From the NCBI GenBank assembly GCA_963801605.1, contig CAWDFP010000006.1:1504001-1568000 (forward strand): a stretch of DNA of 64,000 nucleotides, written 5' to 3'. Made by a program: the position numbers and the translations under genes. Positions 55,162-64,000 of this stretch are shown here, in pieces (position 1 is the stretch's first letter; each line of letters begins with the position of its first letter). Below the pieces are notes generated by a model. It saw only the letters and a program-made list of their open reading frames with translations. It did not search any database and had not been told where the DNA came from. The stretch comes from an uncultured candidate division Zixibacteria bacterium. GTDB taxonomy: Bacteria; Zixibacteria; MSB-5A5; UBA10806.

Positions 55162-55207
55162 AAAACGTGATTAGCAGATGAATTATTACTTTCTTGAAGG
55201 AGAATAA

Positions 55208-55432
55208 ATGGAAAGACGTAGAAGAAAAGTATGCCGGTTTTGCGAAAGCAAAGCCACCTTTATCGATTATAAGGACGATCGCCTGCTGCGCAGGTTCATC
55301 TCCGAACGCGGCAAGATCATCCCCCGTCGGGTAACAGGAAATTGCGCCAAGCATCAGAGACAGCTTACCACCGCCATCAAGCGCGGACGTATCCTGGCGC
55401 TGCTGCCGTACACCTCGGAATCCCGCGACTAA
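55208..55432 (+). CDS. rpsR: 30S ribosomal protein S18
   Basis: CRFC, IDYKD, ERGKI.PRR.TG, AIKR.R.LALLPY. Confidence 0.97.
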   Translation: MERRRRKVCRFCESKATFIDYKDDRLLRRFISERGKIIPRRVTGNCAKHQRQLTTAIKRGRILALLPYTSESRD

Positions 55433-55448
55433 GGTCACCATACGGCTG

Positions 55449-56445
55449 ATGTCATCCGTTGAATCCAGAATATTTCTCTGGGGCGGAGTTGCCGTAGGCG
55501 GCTCCGGCCTGCTGTGGATCGTTCCCGGTATTAATGCGGTCTTCTCCGTGGGCGCCATTGCCGCGCTGGTGCTGATCGTTTCGCGATTGGGCTACCTGCG
55601 CGCCTTGTGGGCCGCGCTGGGAGGATTAATCATGGTCATGGCTACCACTACGTTTGCCATGGGTGAGGCTGTCGGAATGCTCAACGCCGCAGTCTTTGCC
55701 ATAGCGGTATTGGCTCCGGGATTCATGATGGGCATGGCCTCCCGAGGACTGTTCTCAGCGGTTAAGACAATCTGGTACGGTTCCATCCCGATTTTAATTC
55801 TCTTCGGTTTACTTCTGACATTCTATTCGACTCTGATAAGCAGCGTTCCATCGATTACCCGTCAGGTCAATACAATCATGGAAACGAGCCTCGATCAAAG
55901 TCCGGTGGCATCAAAGATGCTGATCGATAAATACGGAGCAGAGGGAGGCAAAGAGAAATTTCTGGCAGATCTGGACCAGTATATTGTCTTTTTTATCAAG
56001 GTAATACCAGGAACAATCGTAATCGGATTTTTGACGATCATAATCATCAGCCTGTACGCTGGCGGGAAATATCGGTACGAGGATAAGCCTGATGATTCCT
56101 CGGCTGCAGCCGTTTTATCTCTGGCATGCCAGCGATTGGTGGCTGATACCTACCGCCCTTGGACTGGCCCTGACTATTTTCGTCACGAACGATTTCTGGC
56201 GCTATTTTGGCATAAATATTCTGGTCGTAACAGGCAATGTTTACGCCATAGCCGGGTTGGCAGTGGCGGCGGCTTTTATGCGGCGCCTGGCAATCCCGAT
56301 GCCATTGCGGGTGGCATTCTATTTGGTTTTGTTTTTCATGTCTTTTGTGGGTCTGCTCTCGCTGGCAATCCTGGGATTGGCAGACAGCAGATTTCGCTTC
56401 CGGCGCGAAACTCCGGAAGAAAAAGATGATTCGCAAGAAAATTGA
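55449..56445 (+). CDS. YybS/DUF2232-family membrane protein (frameshift near 56065)
   Basis: Multi-TM; C-terminal LGLADS.F.FRR; typical position between rpsR and rplI. Confidence 0.78.
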
Positions 56446-56463
56446 TAGTATAAAGGAGCAAGT

Positions 56464-56925
56464 ATGAAGGTTATTCTCAGAGATGATGTTGAGAAATTAG
56501 GGACGACGGGCAATATCGTCACCGTGGCTGACGGTTACGCCCGCAATTTTCTGTTCCCGCGAAACCTGGCGGTGCCCGCCACTAAAGGCAATGTCAGGTC
56601 TATCGATGAAATCAAAAAACAAAAGCAGTTCCGTGAGAATAAAAAGAAGAAAGACGCCCAGCGTCTCAAAGACCGCCTCGAAAAGCTGTCGCTGACCGCC
56701 GAGGTCCAGACCGGTGAGGAAGATAAGGTCTTTGGATCGGTCACGGCCGCCAATATCGCCACCCTTCTGGAAAAGCAGGAGTTCGCGATTGACCGCCGGA
56801 AGATCATGCTGGAAGAACCACTCAAAGCTCTCGGTGTTTATACCATCGAAATTAAACTGGCGCCGGACGTGGTTGCCAGCGTAAAACTATGGGTGGTTAA
56901 AAAGGAAGAACCGGAGCAGTCTTAA
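56464..56925 (+). CDS. rplI: 50S ribosomal protein L9
   Basis: MKVIL..DV..LG, V.DGYARNFL.P, FGSVT. Confidence 0.98.
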   Translation: MKVILRDDVEKLGTTGNIVTVADGYARNFLFPRNLAVPATKGNVRSIDEIKKQKQFRENKKKKDAQRLKDRLEKLSLTAEVQTGEEDKVFGSVTAANIATLLEKQEFAIDRRKIMLEEPLKALGVYTIEIKLAPDVVASVKLWVVKKEEPEQS

Positions 56926-56938
56926 AAAGGAGTAGTAT

Positions 56939-58729
56939 CTGCGTTATCTCGATGGCAAAAGGCTTCGCAAGGCGGTTAACGCCGGTTGGCAGTGGCTCAA
57001 TCATCATCGGGAAAGGTTGGATGCCATTAATGTCTTCCCGGTAGCCGACGGCGATACCGGTACCAATATGTCCCAGACCCTGCGTTCTGCGGCGCTGGGC
57101 GCCAATTCGGCTAAATCGAACTCCTTAGCCGACGTGGCCGATTCGATCGCGCTTTATTCGCTTCGCGGCGCTCAGGGTAATTCGGGAGTTATACTCTCGC
57201 AATACTTCAAGGGTGTCGCCGAATATATCGGCAATCGCAAGCGCCTGTATGCTGAGGACCTGGCTGCAACTTTCGCCGCCGGAGCCGAATCGGCATACAA
57301 GGCGGTCAGAGAACCCCGCGAGGGCACCATACTCACAGTCCTGCGCGAGATGGCCGTGCATACCGAAGAAACCAAGACTCGTCATAAAGGCATGAGCCAG
57401 ATGCTTGAATCCGCTATCGAGCATGGCAAGCGCACTCTGGCATCGACCAAATACAAACTGAAAGCTTTATCCGATGCCAACGTTGTCGATGCCGGCGGCC
57501 TGGGGTTTGTGCATTTTATGGAAGGCATCCATCACCTTATTAAAAAAGGTGAATACGAAAAGGATGTATCGCTGGAATCATCCGAACCCAACATTCCGGA
57601 AAAAATCGAAAAGTACACTCGTTATAGATTCTGTTCGGAGTTTTTGGTTAAAGGGTTTGACTATGATATCGACGCCATCCGGCAGAGTCTCGAGGGCGCC
57701 GGTGATTCCCTGATCGTGGCCGGAACCGCTTTTGGAAACGATTCGTATCTCAGGATTCATATCCACACCGACCGTCCGGATGATGTTGAGGCGCTGGCAA
57801 AATCTATAGGCGTGCTCGAAAAGCGCAAAGTCGAGGATATGCTTGCTCAGAATGAGGCGATGCGCAGTTGGCGCGCCCGTTATCGCGGGAATGCCGTCCG
57901 AACCATCAGGATAGTATCCGATTCGACTTGCGATCTCCCCGCCGAGGTGGCTGCCTTTCACGATATCGAGATCGTGCCGCTTAAGGTAGCTTTCGGCGAT
58001 GAAATCTATCGGGATGGTGTCGATCTGGACAATCATTCCTTCTACGAAAAATTGACCCTTTCGAAAATTACACCCAAGACATCGCAGGCCACACCATCGG
58101 AATTTGAAGAGCGATATACTGAAATGCTCGATAGGGGAGACTGCGATCAGATTTTATCGATTCACATTTCGTCTAAATTATCAGGCACCTATAATTCGGC
58201 GTTATCAGGCGCCAAAGGGCTTAAGGTTACTTGCTTTGATTCCGGTACAGTCTCTCTCGGTTTGGGATTAATGGCCATCGCCGCGTCGGAACTTGCCAGG
58301 GAGGGAAAAAGTCTTGATGAAATTCTCGCCCGGCTTGAGCTGATGAAAAAAAATCAGGGATTGTTTTTTACCCTGGGAACCATCGATTATCTCATCAAAG
58401 GCGGTCGGGTTGGCAAGGCGCGCGGCTATCTGGGACGGTTTCTGGGTTTGAAACCAATACTGACTTTACAGGATGCCGAGGTCAAACCGGTAGCCAGAGT
58501 CAGAAGCGAAGAAAAAGCGCTGGCGAAAATTATTTCGCTTTTGCCGGAAAATGGGCATGGTTACCGGTGGGCAGTGGCCCACGCCAGTTACCCGTCGGAA
58601 ATAGAGCTAATCAAGGAGATTTTAAGGGAACGATTTGGCGCTAATGACGTTTTAGCAGGTGAAATAGGCCCCACGGTCGGGACTCATATCGGCCCGGGTT
58701 CATGGGGAATATTCTACATGAGAGGTTGA
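56939..58729 (+). CDS. DAK2 (FakA-like)-DegV (FakB-like) fusion, fatty acid kinase family
   Basis: INVFPVADGDTGTNM, GNSGVILSQ, EGTILTV, VDAGG; DegV motifs DSTCDLP, KTSQ, ISSKLSGTY, GGR, H.GPG. Confidence 0.9.
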   Translation: MRYLDGKRLRKAVNAGWQWLNHHRERLDAINVFPVADGDTGTNMSQTLRSAALGANSAKSNSLADVADSIALYSLRGAQGNSGVILSQYFKGVAEYIGNRKRLYAEDLAATFAAGAESAYKAVREPREGTILTVLREMAVHTEETKTRHKGMSQMLESAIEHGKRTLASTKYKLKALSDANVVDAGGLGFVHFMEGIHHLIKKGEYEKDVSLESSEPNIPEKIEKYTRYRFCSEFLVKGFDYDIDAIRQSLEGAGDSLIVAGTAFGNDSYLRIHIHTDRPDDVEALAKSIGVLEKRKVEDMLAQNEAMRSWRARYRGNAVRTIRIVSDSTCDLPAEVAAFHDIEIVPLKVAFGDEIYRDGVDLDNHSFYEKLTLSKITPKTSQATPSEFEERYTEMLDRGDCDQILSIHISSKLSGTYNSALSGAKGLKVTCFDSGTVSLGLGLMAIAASELAREGKSLDEILARLELMKKNQGLFFTLGTIDYLIKGGRVGKARGYLGRFLGLKPILTLQDAEVKPVARVRSEEKALAKIISLLPENGHGYRWAVAHASYPSEIELIKEILRERFGANDVLAGEIGPTVGTHIGPGSWGIFYMRG

Positions 58730-58731
58730 CT

Positions 58732-59230
58732 ATGGACGAAGGCAAGATGGTAAAATCACAGATCGGGGGGTTGGCCCTGGATGTTACCACCAATTCTCCT
58801 GTCATTACGATATCGCCAATAGGATCGGAAAAGATTTTGCCGATATGGATCGGGCACTACGAGGCCTGGGCAATCGGTATGGAAATCTCCGGCATCGCCT
58901 CCAAGCGCCCCTTGACCCACGATCTCATGTATAGCGTAATTAAGGCTATGGGGGGCACCGTAGAAAAAATCGAAATAACTGATCTTCGGGAACAGACATT
59001 TTTCGCGGTCATTACAGTGAAAGCTCGATGGCAAATCGATCGGTATCGATGCCAGGCCATCGGATTCACTGGCTCTGGCGCTTAAAGCTAAAGCCCCGAT
59101 ATTTGTCAATGAGAACCTCTTCAATCTGAAAAAGGAAGAGAGGGAAAGCTCAGGCATGCCCGATCAGGAAACACTGCGGGATCGGTTGCGAAAAATTAAT
59201 CCAGAGGATTTCGGCAATTATAAATTATGA
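58732..59230 (+). CDS. Bifunctional nuclease family protein (DUF151; frameshift near 59024)
   Basis: LPIWIG..EA, RPLTHDL, FFA, DARPSDSLALAL. Confidence 0.88.
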
Positions 59231-59733
59231 TAATCCCTTATAATGGGAAAAGTCCGGTTATCGCAGAGGGATGCTTCATTGCTCCCGATAGCGTGATTAT
59301 CGGTGATGTCGCCATAGCGTCAGAATGCTCAATTTGGTTCGGAGCGGTTATACGAGGCGATATCAACTGGATTAAAATCGGAAGTTATACAAATATTCAG
59401 GATAACTGCGTGATTCATGTCACCGGCGGGACAGCGCCGACCGATATTGCCGATCATGTCACAGTTGGACATGGCGCTATACTTCATGGCTGCACCATTG
59501 AATCAGGTTGCCTGATCGGGATGGGCTCCATCGTTCTCGATAAAGCCGTTGTTGGCGAGGGTTCTCTGGTGGCGGCCGGCTCTGTGGTTAAATCCGGAAT
59601 GATTATTCCTCCTCACACTCTGGTGGCCGGAAATCCGGCAGTGATAAAGCGCAAAATCTCGAGCGATGAGAGGGAATATTTTATCGAATGGGCCAATAAT
59701 TATCGCGGTTATTCGAAAGGATTTCAGTTTTGA
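59227..59733 (+). CDS. Gamma carbonic anhydrase family hexapeptide-repeat protein
   Basis: IWFGAVIRGD, NIQDN..IH, VGH.A.LHGC. Confidence 0.92.
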   Translation: MIIPYNGKSPVIAEGCFIAPDSVIIGDVAIASECSIWFGAVIRGDINWIKIGSYTNIQDNCVIHVTGGTAPTDIADHVTVGHGAILHGCTIESGCLIGMGSIVLDKAVVGEGSLVAAGSVVKSGMIIPPHTLVAGNPAVIKRKISSDEREYFIEWANNYRGYSKGFQF

Positions 59734-61520
59734 AAGCGGCACTTTATATTGCCCTGTTTTTTATCGGTTTTGTTGCCATTTCGGTTTCAGCCCAGGATTA
59801 CCTGGCCGATCCTGTCTCAGGCCTTAATATCGCTATGGAAAATTTCCATAATGGGGAATATGATCTTGCCTATAATAAATTCAAGGCCTTAAATGAGAAA
59901 TTTCCCGATGACAGCCGCAACAGCATCTTCAGATTCATGGCGGCTAAATCGTTATACGAAGCCGGTACTTATGCTCTTTCGGATTCCCTTTGGGATGATT
60001 TTATACGGACTTTCTCCGGTTCGCTGCTTCTTCCTGAAGCACATCTTTTCAAGGGGCATTGCTTATATAAACTCGGGCGTTATTCCGATGCAGCCGGCGA
60101 ATATCTGACATCGATTGAAATTGATCCTAAATCGAAAACCGCCCTGATCGCCAACGATAATTTCATGCCATTAGCGCTCCGCGGTCTTACCCCGGAGGAG
60201 CAACGGGAACTCGTTAAAAATCGTCCAGCATCGGCCGCTATCGAGCCTCTTGAATTCGAGATCGCCAAAAAGGAAATTAATTCCGGGCATTATCGGCAAG
60301 GTATCGCGGCTTTGCAGGTTTTTATGAGCCGCTATCCGGGAAGTCGGGAATTCAAACAGGCCAGGCTTCTCATGGAGGAATCGCAGGATAAGGCAGATAG
60401 ACAAATTTCAATTGGGCTATTAGCTCCGGCCAGCGGCAGCTATCAGGATTTCGGACGTTCGATGATCGAAGGCGCTCGGTTAGCAATGAAAGAATTTGAT
60501 AGCGATGAATACAAAGTTGATCTCGAAATAAAAGATACCGGAAGCGATCCCATTGACGCCGCCAAGAAAGCGCTCGAAATGGCCGATGAGGAACCTTTGG
60601 CGGTTGTGGGTCCGCTGAGCTCCGAATCTGCTATCAGCTCGGCGGTCATTTTCAATGAACGTAAAATTCCGATGATTACACCGACAGCATCTGAATCCGG
60701 CTTATCGAGTATCGGGCCGTATGTATTTCAAATATCATCATCGATAGAGCATATCGGCGAGGCATTGGCGCGTTATGCCATAAAGAATCTGAAATTATCT
60801 GAGTTTGCAATTATTGCTCCCGATGAACCTGACGCAATCAAAGTAACCAATGCATTTGCCGAGGCGGTTTACAGACAGGGCGGAGAGGTAATTTTCACCA
60901 CTTATTATGAATCGGGCGCCACTGATTTCAAGCCGCAGATAATGCCGCTTCACGATATCTTGGTTGCCAGGACTGAAGCAATGCTAGCGGCGGGCAAACT
61001 CGATAGCAGTATCATTTTCGATCCTAAGACACATGAAATGCTGACCAAAGACGAGTGGCCGGTGAATCTCGATGGTCTTTTTCTGCCTGGTTACGCCGAC
61101 GAACTTAAGATGCTGATTCCGCAGGTGCGTTATCATGTTATCCGCACCCGTTTTCTCGGCTCGGATAGCTGGGATTCGCCGGAACTCCTTCGCGAAGTTA
61201 AATCGTACGTGGAAAACGCTATCTTCGGCGCCGATTTTCACGCTGATCAAAATAATATCCAGTGGCGCAAGTTTTCGGATTCATACAAATTAACCTATGG
61301 CCAGTCGCCCGATAAGGCCGCCGCCACTACTTATGACGCGGTGCGCTTGATTCTTGATGGTATCAGTGCCGGCAACAAAAGCCCCGAAAAACTTCAGGAC
61401 TATTTAAGCCAGATCGAGGATTACAAAGGGGTATCGACGAATATAACGTTCAAGGAAACTAATCGCGCCAATGATGCGGTCGGCATATACTCTGTCGATG
61501 GCAAGAGGCTGAATAAATAG
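59730..61520 (+). CDS. Exported TPR plus periplasmic-binding-fold protein (LpoA-like)
   Basis: Signal peptide, TPR-like helices, then IGLLAP.SG, VVGPL.S, P.ITP.AS, YDA..L. Confidence 0.75.
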   Translation: MKAALYIALFFIGFVAISVSAQDYLADPVSGLNIAMENFHNGEYDLAYNKFKALNEKFPDDSRNSIFRFMAAKSLYEAGTYALSDSLWDDFIRTFSGSLLLPEAHLFKGHCLYKLGRYSDAAGEYLTSIEIDPKSKTALIANDNFMPLALRGLTPEEQRELVKNRPASAAIEPLEFEIAKKEINSGHYRQGIAALQVFMSRYPGSREFKQARLLMEESQDKADRQISIGLLAPASGSYQDFGRSMIEGARLAMKEFDSDEYKVDLEIKDTGSDPIDAAKKALEMADEEPLAVVGPLSSESAISSAVIFNERKIPMITPTASESGLSSIGPYVFQISSSIEHIGEALARYAIKNLKLSEFAIIAPDEPDAIKVTNAFAEAVYRQGGEVIFTTYYESGATDFKPQIMPLHDILVARTEAMLAAGKLDSSIIFDPKTHEMLTKDEWPVNLDGLFLPGYADELKMLIPQVRYHVIRTRFLGSDSWDSPELLREVKSYVENAIFGADFHADQNNIQWRKFSDSYKLTYGQSPDKAAATTYDAVRLILDGISAGNKSPEKLQDYLSQIEDYKGVSTNITFKETNRANDAVGIYSVDGKRLNK

Positions 61521-61522
61521 AA

Positions 61523-62359
61523 ATGAATACAACGGTTGTCAATAAATTCGATAAACTTTCATCTCGTTTACGTGAGCTAAAAAAAGTTGTCATCGGTTTT
61601 TCGGGCGGAATCGATTCTACTTTAATTCTCAAAGTGGCGGTTGATATACTCGGTAAAGAAAATGTCTGGGCGGTTACCGGAGATTCGGAATCTCTGCTTC
61701 CCGAAGAGCTGGAATCATGCCGCAATCTGGGCAAGGTGATAGGTCTGGCGCCTGAAAATTTCATCGAAATAAAAACCAATGAGTTATCTGACCCCGATTA
61801 TAAAGCTAATCCGATCGACCGCTGTTTCTATTGCAAACGGGAATTATTCACTCGCTTGCAGCAGGTCGCCAAAGAAGTCGGAGCGCAATATGTTCTGGAC
61901 GGCTCCAATGCCGATGACCAAAACGATTGGCGTCCCGGGCGGCGGGCCGCCGGGGAGCTATCCGTTGTCTCGCCATTAGCCGAGGCCGGAATAACGAAAG
62001 CCGAAATTCGCGATATCGCCAAAAGCCTGGGTCTTCCCAATTGGGATAAACCGGCCTTGGCCTGCCTTTCATCGCGTATCCCGTATGGCTCCGAAGTGAC
62101 GGTCGAAAAGCTTACTCAGATTGCGCAGGCTGAACGGTTTCTGCGCTCGCTGGGATTTACGCAATTACGGGTACGCCATCATGATAAAATTGCGCGGATC
62201 GAATTACTCAAGGATGAAATTCCAAAATTATATAAGGACGGTCTGGCCGAGAAGATCGCAACCAGATTTAAGGAGATCGGTTTTGTTTATATTGCGGTGG
62301 ATCTCGAGGGATATCGCAGCGGCAGCATGAACGAAAACCTAAAGAAAGAAGGAAATTGA
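61523..62359 (+). CDS. larE: ATP-dependent sulfur transferase LarE (nickel-pincer cofactor biosynthesis)
   Basis: PP-loop SGGIDS, RCFYCK, DG.N.DD..D.RPG, CLSSRIPYG, RVRHH, GYRSGSMN. Confidence 0.9.
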   Translation: MNTTVVNKFDKLSSRLRELKKVVIGFSGGIDSTLILKVAVDILGKENVWAVTGDSESLLPEELESCRNLGKVIGLAPENFIEIKTNELSDPDYKANPIDRCFYCKRELFTRLQQVAKEVGAQYVLDGSNADDQNDWRPGRRAAGELSVVSPLAEAGITKAEIRDIAKSLGLPNWDKPALACLSSRIPYGSEVTVEKLTQIAQAERFLRSLGFTQLRVRHHDKIARIELLKDEIPKLYKDGLAEKIATRFKEIGFVYIAVDLEGYRSGSMNENLKKEGN

Positions 62360-62571
62360 TGACCGACGATCCATCCAAACGCGTGGCGCTGAAGGTTAGT
62401 ATCGGCGATAAGGTTCATGATGTAACATTTGATGAACTAACATTATCAAACAATCTGGGATTGGAAGCCATAGTAACTTTGCTTGTCCAAAAGAGCGTTT
62501 TTACGGCAGAGGAGCTTCAAACGATAATGGAACGAATCCGTCACGATAGATATCAGGAACCAGAGAAATAA
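62359..62571 (+). CDS. Small hypothetical protein
   Basis: Overlaps the larE stop and the next start; acidic helical sequence. Confidence 0.65.
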   Translation: MTDDPSKRVALKVSIGDKVHDVTFDELTLSNNLGLEAIVTLLVQKSVFTAEELQTIMERIRHDRYQEPEK

Positions 62572-63029
62572 TGGAATCATTAACATGGGTATCACATCCC
62601 GCCCGCGAGCGTCCGCTGACCGCCGTTCTGGTCACGATATTTATCATTCTGATAATGACCATTGTTTATTTCTTCATGGATCACAGCCTATTTATGATGA
62701 TAATCGCGGGGATGATATTTACCATATCGCTTTCGGCATTTTATTTTCCCACGACTTATACAATTGACGAGAAAAAGGTAACAATCAAATATCGATTCTC
62801 GATCAAAGAACGGAATTTATCGGCTTTCCGTCAATATTATCCGGAAACAAGAGGCATTCTGTTGTCGCCGTTTTTATCGCCGTCGCGGCTGGAAAACTTT
62901 CGAGGGTTCTATTTGAGATATGGCAAAGATAATAAAGCCGAAATCGACGCCATGGTAAAAAAGCTGATCGATATGCAAAAGGCAAATACTAATGCCAATC
63001 GAGATGAGGTGAAACCGGATGCAGCCTAA
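62571..63029 (+). CDS. Hypothetical membrane protein (2 TM plus soluble domain)
   Basis: W.SHPA, two TM helices, YFPT.Y, LSPF..PSRLE.FRG. Confidence 0.75.
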   Translation: MESLTWVSHPARERPLTAVLVTIFIILIMTIVYFFMDHSLFMMIIAGMIFTISLSAFYFPTTYTIDEKKVTIKYRFSIKERNLSAFRQYYPETRGILLSPFLSPSRLENFRGFYLRYGKDNKAEIDAMVKKLIDMQKANTNANRDEVKPDAA

Positions 63030-63504
63030 TACGCCGCTGGGAAATCAGGATCTGCCGCCTGAGGAAAAAGCACTGACCGAAGAAGAGCAGGAATTACTCA
63101 ACAGGGTCGCCGCCAAGATTGTCCAAAAGCAGATGACGGTTCCGGCGATCATGTTTTTGGAATCGGTCAAACCGCTCAACTGGATCGGCAGCCAGGTTAT
63201 GGTTTTTTTGGATCCATTCGTCGGCGCCATTGTCGGCGAAAGATCGTCAATTCTTTTCAGTTATAAAGATTATAATCTACTTCGACAGATGATGGAGCGC
63301 CGCGAAAATACCGAACGCCTGCTTCAAAAGATCGAGGAGCTTGACGCTATCCAGGATGTGAAAGAACGCGAGGAGAAAAGAAAGCGCAAAGCTGAGAAAA
63401 AGGCTAAAGGCGGCGGTGGAATCACGCGTCTGTGGCGGAAGCTATTCGGCAGGGAAGGTCCAACCAAAGTAAATCCTCCGGCAGATAACGATACCAAGCA
63501 GTGA
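63019..63504 (+). CDS. Hypothetical protein
   Basis: GAGGTG SD; PAIMFLES.KPL..IGSQ; overlaps the upstream gene. Confidence 0.75.
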   Translation: MQPNTPLGNQDLPPEEKALTEEEQELLNRVAAKIVQKQMTVPAIMFLESVKPLNWIGSQVMVFLDPFVGAIVGERSSILFSYKDYNLLRQMMERRENTERLLQKIEELDAIQDVKEREEKRKRKAEKKAKGGGGITRLWRKLFGREGPTKVNPPADNDTKQ

Positions 63505-63509
63505 TATTT

Positions 63510-63616
63510 GGTCAGGTCGCCAGCGATCTGACTTATTAATTTGGGCTAAATTTCATTTCATATTCAACTCCTTTTTGGTGATTAATCTGTCAAATCTCCG
63601 AGGAGATTTGACCTAC
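63510..63616 (-). repeat. REP-like elements
   Basis: 63589-63616 is the reverse complement of 42364-42391 with one mismatch; degenerate GTCAGGTCGC..GATCTGAC at 63511. Confidence 0.75.
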
Positions 63617-63691
63617 TATCTTCAGTCCCCTTGCGGTATTGTAAGGGGGAGGTCCCGGGACCGATAATCCCGCCAGAAAGAAGGCGGGTAA

Positions 63692-63857
63692 ACCCTTTAC
63701 AAGATGGGACCTGTCCTGACCTGCCTCCAGTTTCTCCTCTCTTTGGGGAGTCAAACTGACCTCCTGTGGGAGAAGCGATCCTGGCTGCCGGTTGAATCGA
63801 CGGCGATTCCGGGGGACCCCTGTGGATCCCGAGAGGACAGCCATCTGTAGGGAAGGT
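63692..63857. ncRNA. Candidate structured RNA of unknown class
   Basis: Long-range pairings AGATGG/CCATCT and CTGTCCT/AGGACAG closing several internal hairpins. Confidence 0.3.
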
Positions 63858-63892
63858 CTTGTGGCCACAATTGTCCTTCCACTTATAAGCCT

Positions 63893-64000
63893 CTATAAAT
63901 CAAAATGCACTTTGAACGCGTTTTGGAGGATTTCAAGAGCGTGGAGGAAATTAGAGAAATCGGCGTTCACGGAGAGAGAGTTTTTTTCGAATTGGGCAAA
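63893..64000 (-). CDS. Possible 3' end of a gene entering from beyond the window
   Basis: Open frame FAQFEKNSLSVNADFSNFLHALEILQNAFKVHFDL-stop. Confidence 0.4.
   Translation of the reverse strand, partial: FAQFEKNSLSVNADFSNFLHALEILQNAFKVHFDL

Noticed and set aside
63620..63730. Cobalamin or c-di-GMP riboswitch fragments (GACCTGCC, GGTAAACC)
   Set aside because: The remaining conserved boxes and their order are missing, and no co-oriented downstream gene is visible.

Overview
Core chromosomal region of a diderm bacterium. The many secreted proteins ending in a 'QNYPNPFN' C-terminal domain suggest the FCB group, possibly Zixibacteria-like (inference). In order it holds: (1) 1-18.4 kb, fusA(partial)-tuf and a complete S10-spc-alpha ribosomal supercluster through rpoA-rplQ; (2) a disrupted secreted LVIVD-repeat protein; (3) a translationally coupled nucleoside catabolism operon deoB-cdd-[BMC vertex EutN/CcmL]-deoC-pdp, whose DeoC has an encapsulation-peptide-like, Cys-rich N-terminal extension; (4) GNAT, PBP1A, tyrS, prfB (programmed +1 frameshift) and pta; (5) three tandem paralogous secreted Asp-box proteins; (6) a TCA cluster sucCD-korDABC-ndk-larA-like-mdh-leuCD-like-icd; (7) two minus-strand accessory genes (DUF1003 and an AT-rich wHTH-PIN-coiled-coil-2TM protein) set among REP-like repeats; (8) pth-rpsF-ssb-rpsR-DUF2232-rplI, a DAK2-DegV fusion, DUF151, gamma-CA, an LpoA-like protein, larE and three hypotheticals, then a structured non-coding stretch. 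Intergenic spaces carry a diverse family of GTAG/GTG-headed REP-like hairpins. More than 20 single-base frameshifts, many in essential genes, point to long-read indel errors, so split genes are reported as joined CDSs with approximate ends. No rRNA, full tRNA, CRISPR array or transposase was found.
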